NCBI RefSeq assembly: GCF_000142905.1
Contig: NW_013657659.1
Location: 89,487-153,486 of the forward strand
Source: Thecamonas trahens ATCC 50062
Lineage: Eukaryota > Protista > Apusomonadida
Reading direction: 5' to 3'
DNA: 64,000 nucleotides
Part shown: one piece after another, positions 21,477-32,170 of the stretch
Position numbering within the stretch: position 1 is the first letter of the stretch
Layout of the letters: each line of letters begins with the position of its first letter
Program-made: the position numbers and the translations under genes
Notes under the pieces: model-generated
The model's input: only the letters and a program-made list of their open reading frames with translations
What the model was told of the DNA's origin: nothing
Database searches by the model: none

Positions 21477-22316
21477 TCAGAACGCGGACCATACTTTGTG
21501 GGCAACGCTGCGCAGCATAGCAAATGTGACGCTAAAGAGGAAGAACAACCAGATGCCGCCGATGAGAATGATCCACACCAGAGTAGCCACGTCCTTTGCG
21601 TTTCGCCACCACACAGCCCAGTTCGAGCTGGCCACAAGACTTGACTTGCGCTGGCTGCGCGACTTGCGTGACTTGCGTGACTTGCGCGACGTGGTCCGAG
21701 ACCGACCAGGATGCACGCGCGTCGCACGCTGCGGTGCATCTCCAGCATCAACAGCCGGAATAACCCCATCGATGAACCACTCTGGATCCATGGGCGTGCC
21801 CAGCGGGTCAACCGATGGGATACCCTCGAGCAGTGCCTCGAGCAGCACTGGCGCCAGCCGCGGCGCAAGGAGTGCGTCAAGGACGCGGCTCTTGGTGGCT
21901 GCATCGATGCTGCCACGGCGCCAGAGCAGCTTTGCCGTCGAGAGTCCGCACGCCACCGCTGCGCGGGCGCTAGCGCCGCCATCTGCCGGTGCCGCAATCG
22001 GGTCAGCTGCGTCTGTTTCTGGCCGGGCGTGGTTGCGCTCGTGGACTGCGCCGCACACGTCCGTGCCCGAGCCCACGCTCTGGCCGCCCGCCATCACCAC
22101 AGGCAACACCATCTCCACAAACACTCCGGCCTCCATCGGCCAACCCAACGGTGAGTTGTGCGGGAGATGCGCGCTCACCGCCTCCAGCACCGCATTGTTT
22201 CCCACGAGCAGGGCGTCGACCACAGCGTCCTTGACCTCGGCCCGCACCGCGCCTGTCCTCGCCAGCATCTTTGCCGTCGACAGACCACATGCCACCGCCG
22301 CTCGCCTCACGTCCAT
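21477..22316 (-). CDS. Uncharacterised protein with two copies of a ~75-aa domain and a C-terminal TM helix
   Basis: Repeats RAAVACGLSTAKMLARTG..VVDALL..PLGWPM..FVEMVLPVV and RAAVACGLSTAKLLWRRG..VLDALL..PLGTPM..FIDGVIPAV. Basic SRK repeats, then hydrophobic VATLVWIILIGGIWLFFLFSVTFAML. Confidence 0.7.
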   Translation of the reverse strand: MDVRRAAVACGLSTAKMLARTGAVRAEVKDAVVDALLVGNNAVLEAVSAHLPHNSPLGWPMEAGVFVEMVLPVVMAGGQSVGSGTDVCGAVHERNHARPETDAADPIAAPADGGASARAAVACGLSTAKLLWRRGSIDAATKSRVLDALLAPRLAPVLLEALLEGIPSVDPLGTPMDPEWFIDGVIPAVDAGDAPQRATRVHPGRSRTTSRKSRKSRKSRSQRKSSLVASSNWAVWWRNAKDVATLVWIILIGGIWLFFLFSVTFAMLRSVAHKVWSAF

Positions 22317-22619
22317 TACCCGTCCACCGGTAGCCTGCGAAAGACTATCCGACGAGCAACCCCTGCACCTCTGCGAGAGAGAGAGAGGGAGAGAGAGTGT
22401 GTGTGTGAGACGCGTACCTAGTTTGGGATACCAGTCGCCTGGCAGCTGGCCGCCGACACCTGCCACACCCGCTCCATGTGAATGGAAGATTCGCCAGAGC
22501 CTCTCTCTTCCTCCCCCCTTCCCCTTCCCCCCCACCACCCCCGCCACCCCCCGCCACCCCCCCACCCTCCTCGCTCTCTTCCACCCAACCCGACCCGTGT
22601 CACGCGCAAGCGCACCGAG

Positions 22620-23201
22620 ATGGCCGAGTCGACAGGTAAGAAGAAGAAGAACAGGTTCCTCCGGAAGACGCCGGAGAATGGAGACTTTAATCAGTACTGG
22701 TACTCGGCGCTGACCATCGAGACGCTGGTGGGCGAGGCAGTGGCGCATGGCACACGCATCGCCTGCCTCTCCACGCCCTCGGTTTTCTTCTCGCTGCCCA
22801 AGGAGGTCCAGGCCCGTGCCACGCTCTTCGACTACGACCGCCAGTGGGACGAGCTCGACCAGTTTGTGTTCTACGACTACCGCGAGCCTGACGACTTTCC
22901 TGCCAAGCTAACCAACACGTACGACTTCGTCGTTGTTGACCCGCCTTTCATCACTGCCGAGGTCTGGGAGCTCTACGCAGACGTCATCAACCGCATGGTG
23001 GTCGAAGGTGGCAAGATCATTTGTACCACTGTTTCGGAGAACGCAGACTTGCTTGATGGCCTCGTCGGCGTCAAGCCCGTCCGCTTCAAGCCACTCATCC
23101 CTCAGCTCGTCTACCAGTACTCCATCTTTGCCAACTACACTTCGCCCGCTCTCGACTCGCCCAATCCCGAGGTGCCCGACGACTCGGACGACGACGCATG
23201 A
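22620..23201 (+). CDS. EEF1AKMT1: EEF1A lysine methyltransferase 1-like (N6AMT2/Efm5 family)
   Basis: Motifs DFNQYWYS, RIACLSTPSVF, LFDYDRQW, FVFYDY and VVVDPPF. Confidence 0.85.
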   Translation: MAESTGKKKKNRFLRKTPENGDFNQYWYSALTIETLVGEAVAHGTRIACLSTPSVFFSLPKEVQARATLFDYDRQWDELDQFVFYDYREPDDFPAKLTNTYDFVVVDPPFITAEVWELYADVINRMVVEGGKIICTTVSENADLLDGLVGVKPVRFKPLIPQLVYQYSIFANYTSPALDSPNPEVPDDSDDDA

Positions 23202-23653
23202 GCTGACACCCACATCGCTGCTCCCGCGCCGGCGACGATCGAAGCGCTGGCCGGCTGGTGGCTGCCATCCCTCTCTTTCTCCTCTCTCACGCTGCGAAAC
23301 GTCTTGCATCCGATGAACACCCACCACCCGTCCAGCCCGGCGCCTGGGCCTCACCGCTCGCCTTTCTTTACCCAGCACCCGCGCACACCCCTTCCGCACC
23401 CCGTCCATCCCCCCCATGCCCATGCCCGCCCTCCCATCACCCCCGATGCCGCTTTCGGAAAGGCCGTGAACTGCGAGTCTCTCCGGTTGATCGCGTGGTT
23501 GATCGCGGCGCCGATCAAGCCGCTCCCTGTAGTGCCGATCCCTGCGAAAGCACCGTCCTGGATCCGCCACGCCCGCTCAGCCAAGGGCGTCCCGAGTCAA
23601 CAAACGCTTCCGCCGGACCTGTTCCGAGTGTCCTCGCCTCGCCGCCACCGGCG

Positions 23654-24001
23654 ATGGAGCCCCGACCCGAGCGCGTTCTTTCCGAAGCCGCCAATGACGA
23701 CGACAGCGCGCGGGCCGAGCTCCTTGCCGCCGTCGGCTCAACCGACGCCATCGAGGGCTCGGACGCGCTCGCACAGATTCTGCAGAATCTGGCCTGCGGC
23801 GCGATCCGTGACTTTGTCGAGATGCGCGGGAGGCTGGCCAGCGCCTCGGACGAGCTCCTTGCCCAGCTCGAGGACAAGGTCCGCCTCCTCGCCGCGCATC
23901 AAGGTCGCCTGGAGGCCATCAAGTGCGCCTACATCCGCGCCATCCGCACCAACATGGCCCAGCTCCATCGCTACTGCACCACCCTCGATGATAGCCCGTG
24001 A
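23654..24001 (+). CDS. Small coiled-coil hypothetical protein (115 aa)
   Basis: ATG 23654; coding-like codon usage; heptad pattern LASASDELLAQLEDKVRLLAAHQGRLEAIK. Confidence 0.5.
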   Translation: MEPRPERVLSEAANDDDSARAELLAAVGSTDAIEGSDALAQILQNLACGAIRDFVEMRGRLASASDELLAQLEDKVRLLAAHQGRLEAIKCAYIRAIRTNMAQLHRYCTTLDDSP

Positions 24002-24180
24002 CTAGCTCCTCGTTCGCGGTGGACCTGCTTGTCGGGCAGCTCGCACTGGTTGACCGTCCCGCCCCGACTCACTCGTTCGGAGACTCGTTTCGAGTTGGGG
24101 AGCGAGCGGCAATGAGTTGAGCTCGCGCAAATCGTTTTCTCACTCGATTGTTCAGCCAGATCTCTCGCATTTTTCTCACC

Positions 24181-25384
24181 ATGGTGTCTCACAACAACCA
24201 GGTCCCGAATGCCCATTTCCACAAGGACTGGCAGAACCGCGTCCGCACCTGGTACGTAGCATGTGTAGTGTGCAAGCCCCTTCCTACGTGGTCTCGGGTC
24301 CCTGGCGACCTGCTTCCCTCCGCATACACCCACTGCCACGCCGTCGGGCTTTGTCGGATGAGCGCTCCGTTTTTGCACCGCCTCGTCGGCCCGCGCCCCA
24401 CCCTCACCCCCTCCACACACACACCAACCCGCCCTACTCACACCCGCCCGCCCTCCTCAACACCGCAGGTTCAACCAGCCCGGCCGCAAGAAGCGCCGCC
24501 GCAACAACCGCCTCGCTAAGGCTGCCCGCGTACGTCCCAGCATCACCTGCCCTGCCATCGTCCCCACCCCCCTCCCCCTTCCTGCCCCCCGCGTTTGTGC
24601 TTCTGTGCGCACACATCCCCCTACTCTGCACAAGCGTAGAGCCCGGTGTTTGTTTGCCCCCCTCCCGTGCTCTGCATCCGCACCGGGCGCCCCTATGCCC
24701 GGCGCAAGTCACAGTCGGCCGACGTGGACGTGACGGATTGATTTCGGCAATTTTGTCTGCGTATGACTCGGTCGGCACCGACCCGAACCACAGCAGGACG
24801 GCAGCTGCTCTGAGGCGCAGGTCTGCACGTGCGACCCAGCCCCGACTCACGCGAAACTATGTATATGTTTACAGATTGCGCCGCGCCCGATGGATGCCCT
24901 CCGCCCGGCTGTGCACTGCCAGACGATCAAGTACGGTCGCCGCCTCCGCGCTGGCCGTGGCTTCTCGCTCCTCGAGCTGAAGACCGCTGGCATCAACCGC
25001 AACTACGCCCGCACCATCGGCATCGCCGTCGACCTCCGCCGCAAGAACTCGTCGCAGGAGTCCGTCGACCGCAACGTCGCCCGCCTCAAGGAGTACATGT
25101 CGCGCGTCATCGTCTTCCCGCGCCCGGGCAAGGGCCGTCGCCTTGCTGACGCTCCGGCCGACGTCATCGCCTCGGTCGATGTCGCCACCGCCCCGCGCAA
25201 GCACCCGATGGCTGTCGTTGACGAGAAGGTTAACGAGGCCCCGCGTGCCATCACCGAGGAGGACACCAAGTTCTCGGTTTACAAGACCCTCCGCATTGAG
25301 CGCAAGAACCAGCGCCAGCACGGCATCCGCGCCCGCCGCGCTGCCGACAAGGCCGCCAAGGCCAAGGCTTCGAAGAAGAAGTAA
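24181..25384 (+). CDS. RPL13: 60S ribosomal protein eL13; exons 24181-24251, 24469-24529, 24875-25384
   Basis: Spliced product [69 protein letters not shown]. Both introns are GTACGT..CAG. Confidence 0.97.
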
Positions 25385-25504
25385 ACCAAGTGTCCATCAT
25401 CATCTCGCCAGTAGCCGTGTGCCCCCGGAATTGTGACCGTTTCCCCCCCCCCCCCCCGCCCCCCCACCCGGTCCCCGCTACTTGGTTTGCACTCAACTCC
25501 CTCC

Positions 25505-27379
25505 ATGCACGCCGTTCGCACACACCGCCCATCCCTCGCCCACGCCCTCACCTCGGGTGCGTCAGTCATCGCCCTCCTCCTCGGGGCGGTCTTCCTGCTC
25601 CTGGCGCTGGCCGCCTCGCCACGTTCGGCATCGGCGACAGGCCCGAGAACCCGGAGCCCGACATCGGCGGCGACGGCCGAAGTCGAGGCTGCGCTGGCGC
25701 AGTTTGCACCGGTTCTCTTGGACGCACCAACGCTACGTGCCGAGCTATCGGCGGCGCAGGGACTCGCCCTTACTCGTGTCGTCGACGCCGCCCGCATCCT
25801 TGACGAGCTCTTCAAGAGCCAGGCGTGGGCGGGCAACCCGGCTCTGTTTGCGGGCCTCACCGCTGCCCGCTCTGCTGGTCTTGATGCTGGTACTTCGCAC
25901 GCCTGGGCCGTCGAGGCTGATCGCACCCTGGATCTGGCCACGCTCCATGCTGGCCCGTGGTCGCGGCTGACCAACAAGGCCGACGTCCTTCCACCGGCGC
26001 TCTCGGCTCCGGCTTGGGGCATCCCGCCGGTCCCAGCAACCCGGCCGCCCGGCGCCAACTTTTACCCGCAAGGTGTCGATCATGACGCGCTTGCCGCCTG
26101 GTTTGACTCGCTGGCGCCGGGATCGACCGATGCCCGCGCCGCACTCTCACCGTACACCGTCATCAAGACTGCCGACCCATTCGAGCCTGTCCCCTACTCG
26201 GTCGCCTACGCTTCGGAGCTCACCCGGGCTGCAGAGCTGCTCGAGCTTGCTGCTGACGACGTCGCCGATGCACGGCTAGCCGCCTTTCTCCGTGCCCGTG
26301 CAGCTTCATTCCGCGACGACTCGTACGACGACTCGGACATTTCCTGGCTCGCCATCGACGTCGCCACTGCAGACTTTATGGTTACCATGGGCCCGTATGA
26401 GACGTACGAAGACCGCCTGTTCGGCTACAAGGCCGCATTCTCCGCCAACATTGGGCTCATCGACCACCTGCGGACTGAGGCACTGGTCTCGCTTCTCGCC
26501 ACGCTTCAGGACATCGAGAACGCGCTGCCCATCCCGGCCGAGATGAAGAACCCGTCGGTCGGGTCGTCGTCGTCGATCGTCGTCACCCACCAGGTCTTTG
26601 TCGCTGGCGACTCCAAGGCCGGCGTGCAGACTACAGCATTCAACTTGCCCAACTCAGCGGCAGTGACTGCGGCGTATGGCACCCGCCGTGTGGTCCTCAT
26701 CAACGTTCTCCAAGCCAAGTTTGACACCATCCTCAAGCCGATGGCCAAGCGCCTCTTGCCACCCGCCCTTGTCGACTTTGTCACCTTTGACGCCTTCTTC
26801 TACCACACTCTCTTCCACGAGCTCCTCCACGGCCTTGGCCCGCACACCGTTGTGCCGGCGGCAGACCCTGCGGTTCCAGTCAAGATTGCGCTTGCCGAGC
26901 TGCACTCGTCGCTAGAGGAGGCCAAGGCCGACATCGCTGGCCTCTGGGCTCTCCTCCGCGCTCTTGGTGACGGCACGCTGCCAACGTCGCCGGCGCTCTC
27001 GACAAAGTCAGTCGTCACCACCTTTCTCGTCTCGGCCTTTCGCTCTGTCCGCTTTGGCCTCGAGGAAGCCCATGGTCAGGGCGTGGCGCTGCAGTTCAAC
27101 TACCTTGTCGAGGCCGGGGCGATTTCATACGATGAGTCAGCAACGACGTTCACAGTCAACGAGGCCGCCATGGTTACTTCTGTCGAGGCTCTCACCACTC
27201 GCATCATGACTCTTCAGGGCACCGGGGACAAGGCCGGCGCACAGAGCCTGCTCGACACGTTCGCTCAGCTGACTGGCCCCCTCGGTGCCGGCATCGACGC
27301 TGTCAACGGCCTTGGCCTCCCGGTCGACATCCGGCCGCTGGATCCGTTTACTTCGCACCGTTCGGTCCATGTCAGGTAG
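25505..27379 (+). CDS. Peptidase M49 (dipeptidyl peptidase III-like), HEXXH type, with N-terminal signal/TM segment
   Basis: Motifs PPGANFYP, GPYETYEDRLFGYKAAF, GVQTTAFNLPN, HTLFHELLHGLGPH, LEEAKADIAGLW and FRSVRFGLEEAHGQG. Confidence 0.88.
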   Translation: MHAVRTHRPSLAHALTSGASVIALLLGAVFLLLALAASPRSASATGPRTRSPTSAATAEVEAALAQFAPVLLDAPTLRAELSAAQGLALTRVVDAARILDELFKSQAWAGNPALFAGLTAARSAGLDAGTSHAWAVEADRTLDLATLHAGPWSRLTNKADVLPPALSAPAWGIPPVPATRPPGANFYPQGVDHDALAAWFDSLAPGSTDARAALSPYTVIKTADPFEPVPYSVAYASELTRAAELLELAADDVADARLAAFLRARAASFRDDSYDDSDISWLAIDVATADFMVTMGPYETYEDRLFGYKAAFSANIGLIDHLRTEALVSLLATLQDIENALPIPAEMKNPSVGSSSSIVVTHQVFVAGDSKAGVQTTAFNLPNSAAVTAAYGTRRVVLINVLQAKFDTILKPMAKRLLPPALVDFVTFDAFFYHTLFHELLHGLGPHTVVPAADPAVPVKIALAELHSSLEEAKADIAGLWALLRALGDGTLPTSPALSTKSVVTTFLVSAFRSVRFGLEEAHGQGVALQFNYLVEAGAISYDESATTFTVNEAAMVTSVEALTTRIMTLQGTGDKAGAQSLLDTFAQLTGPLGAGIDAVNGLGLPVDIRPLDPFTSHRSVHVR

Positions 27380-30260
27380 ACGAGGGGCCGGCTTCGCCGC
27401 CAAAGGCCGAGCGGCTGCGCACGAGCCGCCCGTACAGCTCGATGTCCGAGATGGAGATTAGATGCGCGCCGTCGGACGTCGGGCCGGTCAGCCGGAGGCG
27501 GAAGACCCGGAACGCATCGTTTGCGAGCTCGATGGGCCAACTCGCGTACTGGCCGGCGTAGGTGATTGAGTGGTCGTCGTTGTGGACAACGAGCCGCGTC
27601 CACAACACGTCCCCACGCGCTGTAGCCGGGCCGAGCGCCGCCTCGTCGTTGGTTGCCTCGAGTATCCATGAGCGGAGGTAGTTGCCGCCGGTGTGGGTAT
27701 GCCGCACCGTGTAGTAGTTGGCGGCCAACCGCGCACCCGGCCCGAGATCCAGCATCCACCACGCCGTTGTCGAGTTGTTCGAGACCGCCTTGCGGTCGAC
27801 AAGCCGCTTGCGCTGTGTGTACCGCGACTCGGGTGAGTCAGACAGGACCCGAAGCACGCCATTGAGGTGTGGCGACCTAAAGGTCCGAGACGTGCCAAAC
27901 GCTGTGCCGTAGTGGTAGACCACACCATTGGTGTCACCGTCAAACGAGTACAGCAGCAGCTCGCCGTCGGGCTCACCCGCAGGGCTCGCCAGCACTTCGC
28001 CTACATCGGCCACGTACTCGGCTGCCTGAGCCGGCACGCTCTCGCCGCTGGCGCCGGCGCTGTCGCTGGCCCGCGACTTGGGACTTGCGCATCCGCTTGC
28101 GCTTGTCAACGAGGAGAGCACGTGCTTGCGAAATGCGAGGTAATCGCTTGGCGGCGATGCGCCGGCGAGCGTGTCGAGGACCGCAGCAAGTGCCGCGAAA
28201 GCAGTCTCGGGCCCGCTGTCGTCGCGGCGAGCAATGGGGAGCGGCGTCGGCGACGACGCACGCGACACCTGGCTCGCCAGCTCGTCATCGAGGTCGGAGA
28301 GCGCCAGCGAGACCATTGACGCCAGCGATGCCGATGACAGCGACCGCGGCATCGACATGATTCGCAGACCCGAGTCATCCGAGTCAGACACCGACCTACC
28401 GGTGGGCTCGGCCGCCAGCGACCGCCGCCGCTCGCGCGTGGGTGACGACGACCGCGACATCGGCCGCGAGACTTGCCGCGACATAGGCCGCGACCGCGAC
28501 CGCGACCTCGATCTCGATCTCGATCTCGACCGGGCCTCGCGCTCGTCTGGGTCGAGCCGCGCCACCGCCGTCCGCTCGGCGTGCCAGGCAACGACCAGCG
28601 CAACGAGGGCAGGCCCGAGGTGCGGCGCGAGCGCGCCCAGCCGCGCGGCAGAGACCAGAGCTAGCATCGCGTCGGGCGTGAGGAAAGCAAGGTCTGTGCC
28701 GAGCTCGGTGGGGTCGTCGGCGAGCTCCGACTCGGGCTGAAGCAACTCCGGCAGGAGCTTGGCGAGAAAGACCAGACAGCCGCGGAGCAGCTCGCGGCAG
28801 CCGAGAACCTCGGCCAGATAGGCTGCATCGAGCACGTTGTCGACTTCGAGGCAGCGGTAGAGCGCAGTGGCGACAAGCGCCTTGATCTTGTGCATGCCGA
28901 ACCGATCGGCAAGCGCCAGCACGCCTGGCGCCAGCTCGGCTGGCAGCGGCGGTGCCGACGCGTCGCCGGCCGCAAGCTCGCCGTCCACAACAAACTGGCC
29001 AAAGTAGCAGTAGTTGAGCAGTGCCGTCATCTCGCCTGCACCCACATCCGGAAGCACAACCCGCGCTTCCTGCGCCTCGCGCAGGCCAGAAGCCCACATC
29101 ACCGCAAAGTACTCGGACCAGGCTGCAAGAACAAGCCTGTGAGCCGCGAGCACGTCCCCCGAGTCGAGAACAAGGACGACGTCCGAGTGGGGCATGTCGG
29201 CGAGGCAGGCTGACCACCGCGTCCGCCACACCTGCGGCCACATCAAAAGCGACGGCCGCCACACCGAGTGGCTCGACGCCAGCGGCTGCGCAAATCTGGC
29301 TTGCTCGATGCCGAGCACCGCGGCAACGTCATGCGCTGCGGTCGAGACTCGATCCGGGGGCAAGACTCCGTAGGCGACAGAGAGGAGCTCTACCAGTGGC
29401 TGCGGCGGGAGCGCGGCGGCATCGGCAACAATCAGCCGGGTGATGTGCGAAACAAGCGCCGGCGGCGACGCAGGACGCGGCTCGCCACGCTGCAGAAAGG
29501 TCAAGCCAGATCCATCGCTTTCGGCAATGGCATCAGCGAGAAGCGGCGAGAGCGCAGCGAGGACTAGGCTGTGGACCTTCAGCTCCGCGCCGTCGGGCCA
29601 AACGACGACGAGATCAGCAAGGTCCGCTACCGCTCCAGCGCGAGCATCGTTCTGCGGAGCATTGGCGTAGAGGGGCAGGTCGAGCGAGTCTGGCGAGGGT
29701 GACAGAGACGGCGAGAGCCGAGCCAGCGCAGCTGCGAGGACCAGATCGGGCTCATAGTGCGGGTAGACGTTGAGCGAGCGAATGGTGACGGGCCAGCCCC
29801 AGGTGGTGAAGCCCATAAACAGGCGATGACCATGGGGATGATGTTGCGGACGTGGCAGGACAAGCAGCGGAGCCATGCCGAGGCGCGGACCTTTGCCGTA
29901 GGCCAGGAACGACTGCGAGACCACAAGCCAGTAGTGATCAAAGCCACAGTGGGCGATGGCAGCCGCGGGGTCCTCAGACAGGGTCTTGGCCGCAGCCACC
30001 TTGCCGTCAACTCGCAGAGCAGTTTTCGTGTTGAGCCAGCCCCCGATGACGAGCTCAAACTCAGGCGCGCCATCGCCTCTCCCGTCCTGAGACGGCAGCA
30101 CGCCCGCCGGATGCGTCGCCAGAGCCACGTTCAGGTCGGCCTTGGCCTTGGCCTCGAACACCACCGCGCCCGTTCCTTCCGCCAGCGACATGTACGGCTC
30201 GTCCACCCACACAATGCGGCCCTTGAGCGCAGGGATGTTGTACACCTGTTGGCTGGCCAT
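27372..30260 (-). CDS. BTB/POZ protein: Methyltransf_FA-like N-terminal domain + two BTB + BACK + C-terminal discoidin (F5/8C-like) domain
   Basis: VVFEAKAKADLNVAL..FELVIGGWLNTKTALR; LKVHSLVLAALSP; SDVVLV..AHRLVLAAWSEYFAVMW..GLREA; DGDTNGVVYHYGT..WWMLDLG..NYYTVRH..LRSWILEA..FRVFRL..DIELYG. Confidence 0.85.
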   Translation of the reverse strand: MASQQVYNIPALKGRIVWVDEPYMSLAEGTGAVVFEAKAKADLNVALATHPAGVLPSQDGRGDGAPEFELVIGGWLNTKTALRVDGKVAAAKTLSEDPAAAIAHCGFDHYWLVVSQSFLAYGKGPRLGMAPLLVLPRPQHHPHGHRLFMGFTTWGWPVTIRSLNVYPHYEPDLVLAAALARLSPSLSPSPDSLDLPLYANAPQNDARAGAVADLADLVVVWPDGAELKVHSLVLAALSPLLADAIAESDGSGLTFLQRGEPRPASPPALVSHITRLIVADAAALPPQPLVELLSVAYGVLPPDRVSTAAHDVAAVLGIEQARFAQPLASSHSVWRPSLLMWPQVWRTRWSACLADMPHSDVVLVLDSGDVLAAHRLVLAAWSEYFAVMWASGLREAQEARVVLPDVGAGEMTALLNYCYFGQFVVDGELAAGDASAPPLPAELAPGVLALADRFGMHKIKALVATALYRCLEVDNVLDAAYLAEVLGCRELLRGCLVFLAKLLPELLQPESELADDPTELGTDLAFLTPDAMLALVSAARLGALAPHLGPALVALVVAWHAERTAVARLDPDEREARSRSRSRSRSRSRSRPMSRQVSRPMSRSSSPTRERRRSLAAEPTGRSVSDSDDSGLRIMSMPRSLSSASLASMVSLALSDLDDELASQVSRASSPTPLPIARRDDSGPETAFAALAAVLDTLAGASPPSDYLAFRKHVLSSLTSASGCASPKSRASDSAGASGESVPAQAAEYVADVGEVLASPAGEPDGELLLYSFDGDTNGVVYHYGTAFGTSRTFRSPHLNGVLRVLSDSPESRYTQRKRLVDRKAVSNNSTTAWWMLDLGPGARLAANYYTVRHTHTGGNYLRSWILEATNDEAALGPATARGDVLWTRLVVHNDDHSITYAGQYASWPIELANDAFRVFRLRLTGPTSDGAHLISISDIELYGRLVRSRSAFGGEAGPSST

Positions 30261-31058
30261 GTCCGCAGGTAGAGGGATGGTCTCTCTGGCCACGCTGCCC
30301 GCCGACGAGGATCAGGCACGCCCGCCTGACCGGCGCAGCCCGACTCGCCGCATCATTCCTCGCCTCATCGCAATGCCTTGTGCCTGATCCCGCCAAGTCA
30401 GCACTCTCGATGCAAAGTCAAGACTGTTTCGATTGGACTGCACATTCCCAGCTTGGCCAAGCTGCGGCCGTAGACAGACCGCGACCCTGTTCCCGTTTGA
30501 CCTCACGCATCATCGGGGTGCGGCCGCAGGGCGTAGCTACACTGAGATCGGTGGTGGCCTATGGATAGATAGCGAACATCGGAGCAGTTGGCGTCGCTGG
30601 AGCAGCGTAGACGGGAATCAGGAGCTGCCCGGGGGTATCACAGCAGAGGACGAGAGAACAGCCGCGGCCTCCTTGTAGTCATCCATCTGCGCATGGGTCC
30701 GACTCATCTCTACTGACTACCGACCACCACGTACCCCATGCCCATCGCCAGCTCGATTTCACCCTCCCCCACCCACCCACCCACCCACCTCTCCCCTTCT
30801 CTCGTCACGGATCCAACATTCCATCAGTACCCGTCATGCTCGTCCGCTCCCCTCCTCCTGCCACCACTCGGCCCAAACCGATCAAACCTCATCATGACCT
30901 GCCCACCACCGATGACCCCCCCCCTCCCTCCAACCTTCTGGCCCCTCCCTCCCCCCCCCCCACCCCCACCTCCATTCCCCCCTCCTCCCTCCCCCTCCCC
31001 CCCCCCCTTCACCCCTTACCACACCTCTACACCCACCCGTATTCCGTCTCTCTCTCGA

Positions 31059-32170
31059 ATGGCTGCCACCAAAGACGTGCATGCCCAACGCGAGGCGCTA
31101 CTGGCCCAGGTACGCTCCTCACCCCCCCCCCCCCACCGCACCGTCCCCCTCTTTCCTGCCTCCCTAACCACACGCTTACTCACACCCATCGATAGGCTGC
31201 TGCTGCTCTGGATGGACGGCCTGGACTGTACAAGCGTGGATGGGCGATGGCTGGTGTGGATGATGCGGCGGAAGAGGCAACAGGCGTGAGGATCATGCAG
31301 TTCAATGTGCTCGCTGACGGCCTCTCGGGCCTGCAGGAGGAGCGTGGTGGCTTTTACGCGGCGCCTGAAGGCTCACTTCAGTTTGAGACCCGCAAGTGGC
31401 GGCTGCTGGAGGAAGTTTTGCTTGCTGATCCCGATGTGCTGGCCATGCAGGAGGTCGATCACTTTGCCGACTGGTTTGAGCCCATGCTCGCAAAGGTGGG
31501 CTACGAGGGCGTGTTCCTCAAGAAGGCCAACTCGCCCTGTCTTCAGTTCTGCGACCTGGAGGATGGCGTAGCTCTCTTTGTACGCTCGTCCAAGCTGCGA
31601 CTGGCAGCTGTCGAGCAGATCAGCTTTCCGGACGCAAACCAGGTTGCGCTGCTGGCCCGCGCCGAGCTACCCGAGTCCGGCCGGGCGCTGACCCTGGCGG
31701 TCACCCATCTCAAGGCCACAAAGTCTGCCGAGGGCGAGAACATCCGCGAGGGCCAGGCAGTGCATCTTTTGGCCAAGGCCAAGGCGTTTATGCAAGCCGG
31801 TGCCGGCGATGCCCCGCTGGTGGTCTGCGCCGACCTCAACGCCGCGCCGCACGACGCCAAGTATCCTGCCAAGGCTTGGCGCGCCATGATGGCTGCCGAT
31901 CTAGAGTTGGCATCGGCCTACGGCGGCCGGAGTGCCGACTCTGAGCCTGCGTACACAACATGGAAGCTACGCCCAGGCAAGGAGGCCAAGCACACCATCG
32001 ACTACATATTCTACCAGCCGGCCGCCCTCACCGTCTCCTCCACTCTGGCCATCCCAGCCGAGGACGTCGTTGTCGACGTCCGCCTCCCGTCATGGGAGTA
32101 TCCTTCGGATCACTTTGCCCTTGCAGCCGATTTTATCTTCGCGCCCTCGTCTATGGCTGCCGACGTCTAA
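31059..32170 (+). CDS. NOCT: Nocturnin-like EEP-family phosphatase; intron 31110-31195
   Basis: Motifs IMQFNVLADGL, AMQEVDHF, VTHLKA, ADLNAAP, YTTWKLR..HTIDYIFY and LPSWEYPSDHFALAADF. Confidence 0.85.

Noticed and set aside
22620-23201. DNA adenine methyltransferase or restriction-modification component (DPPF motif)
   Set aside because: Surrounding motifs match the EEF1AKMT1/Efm5 protein lysine methyltransferase family.
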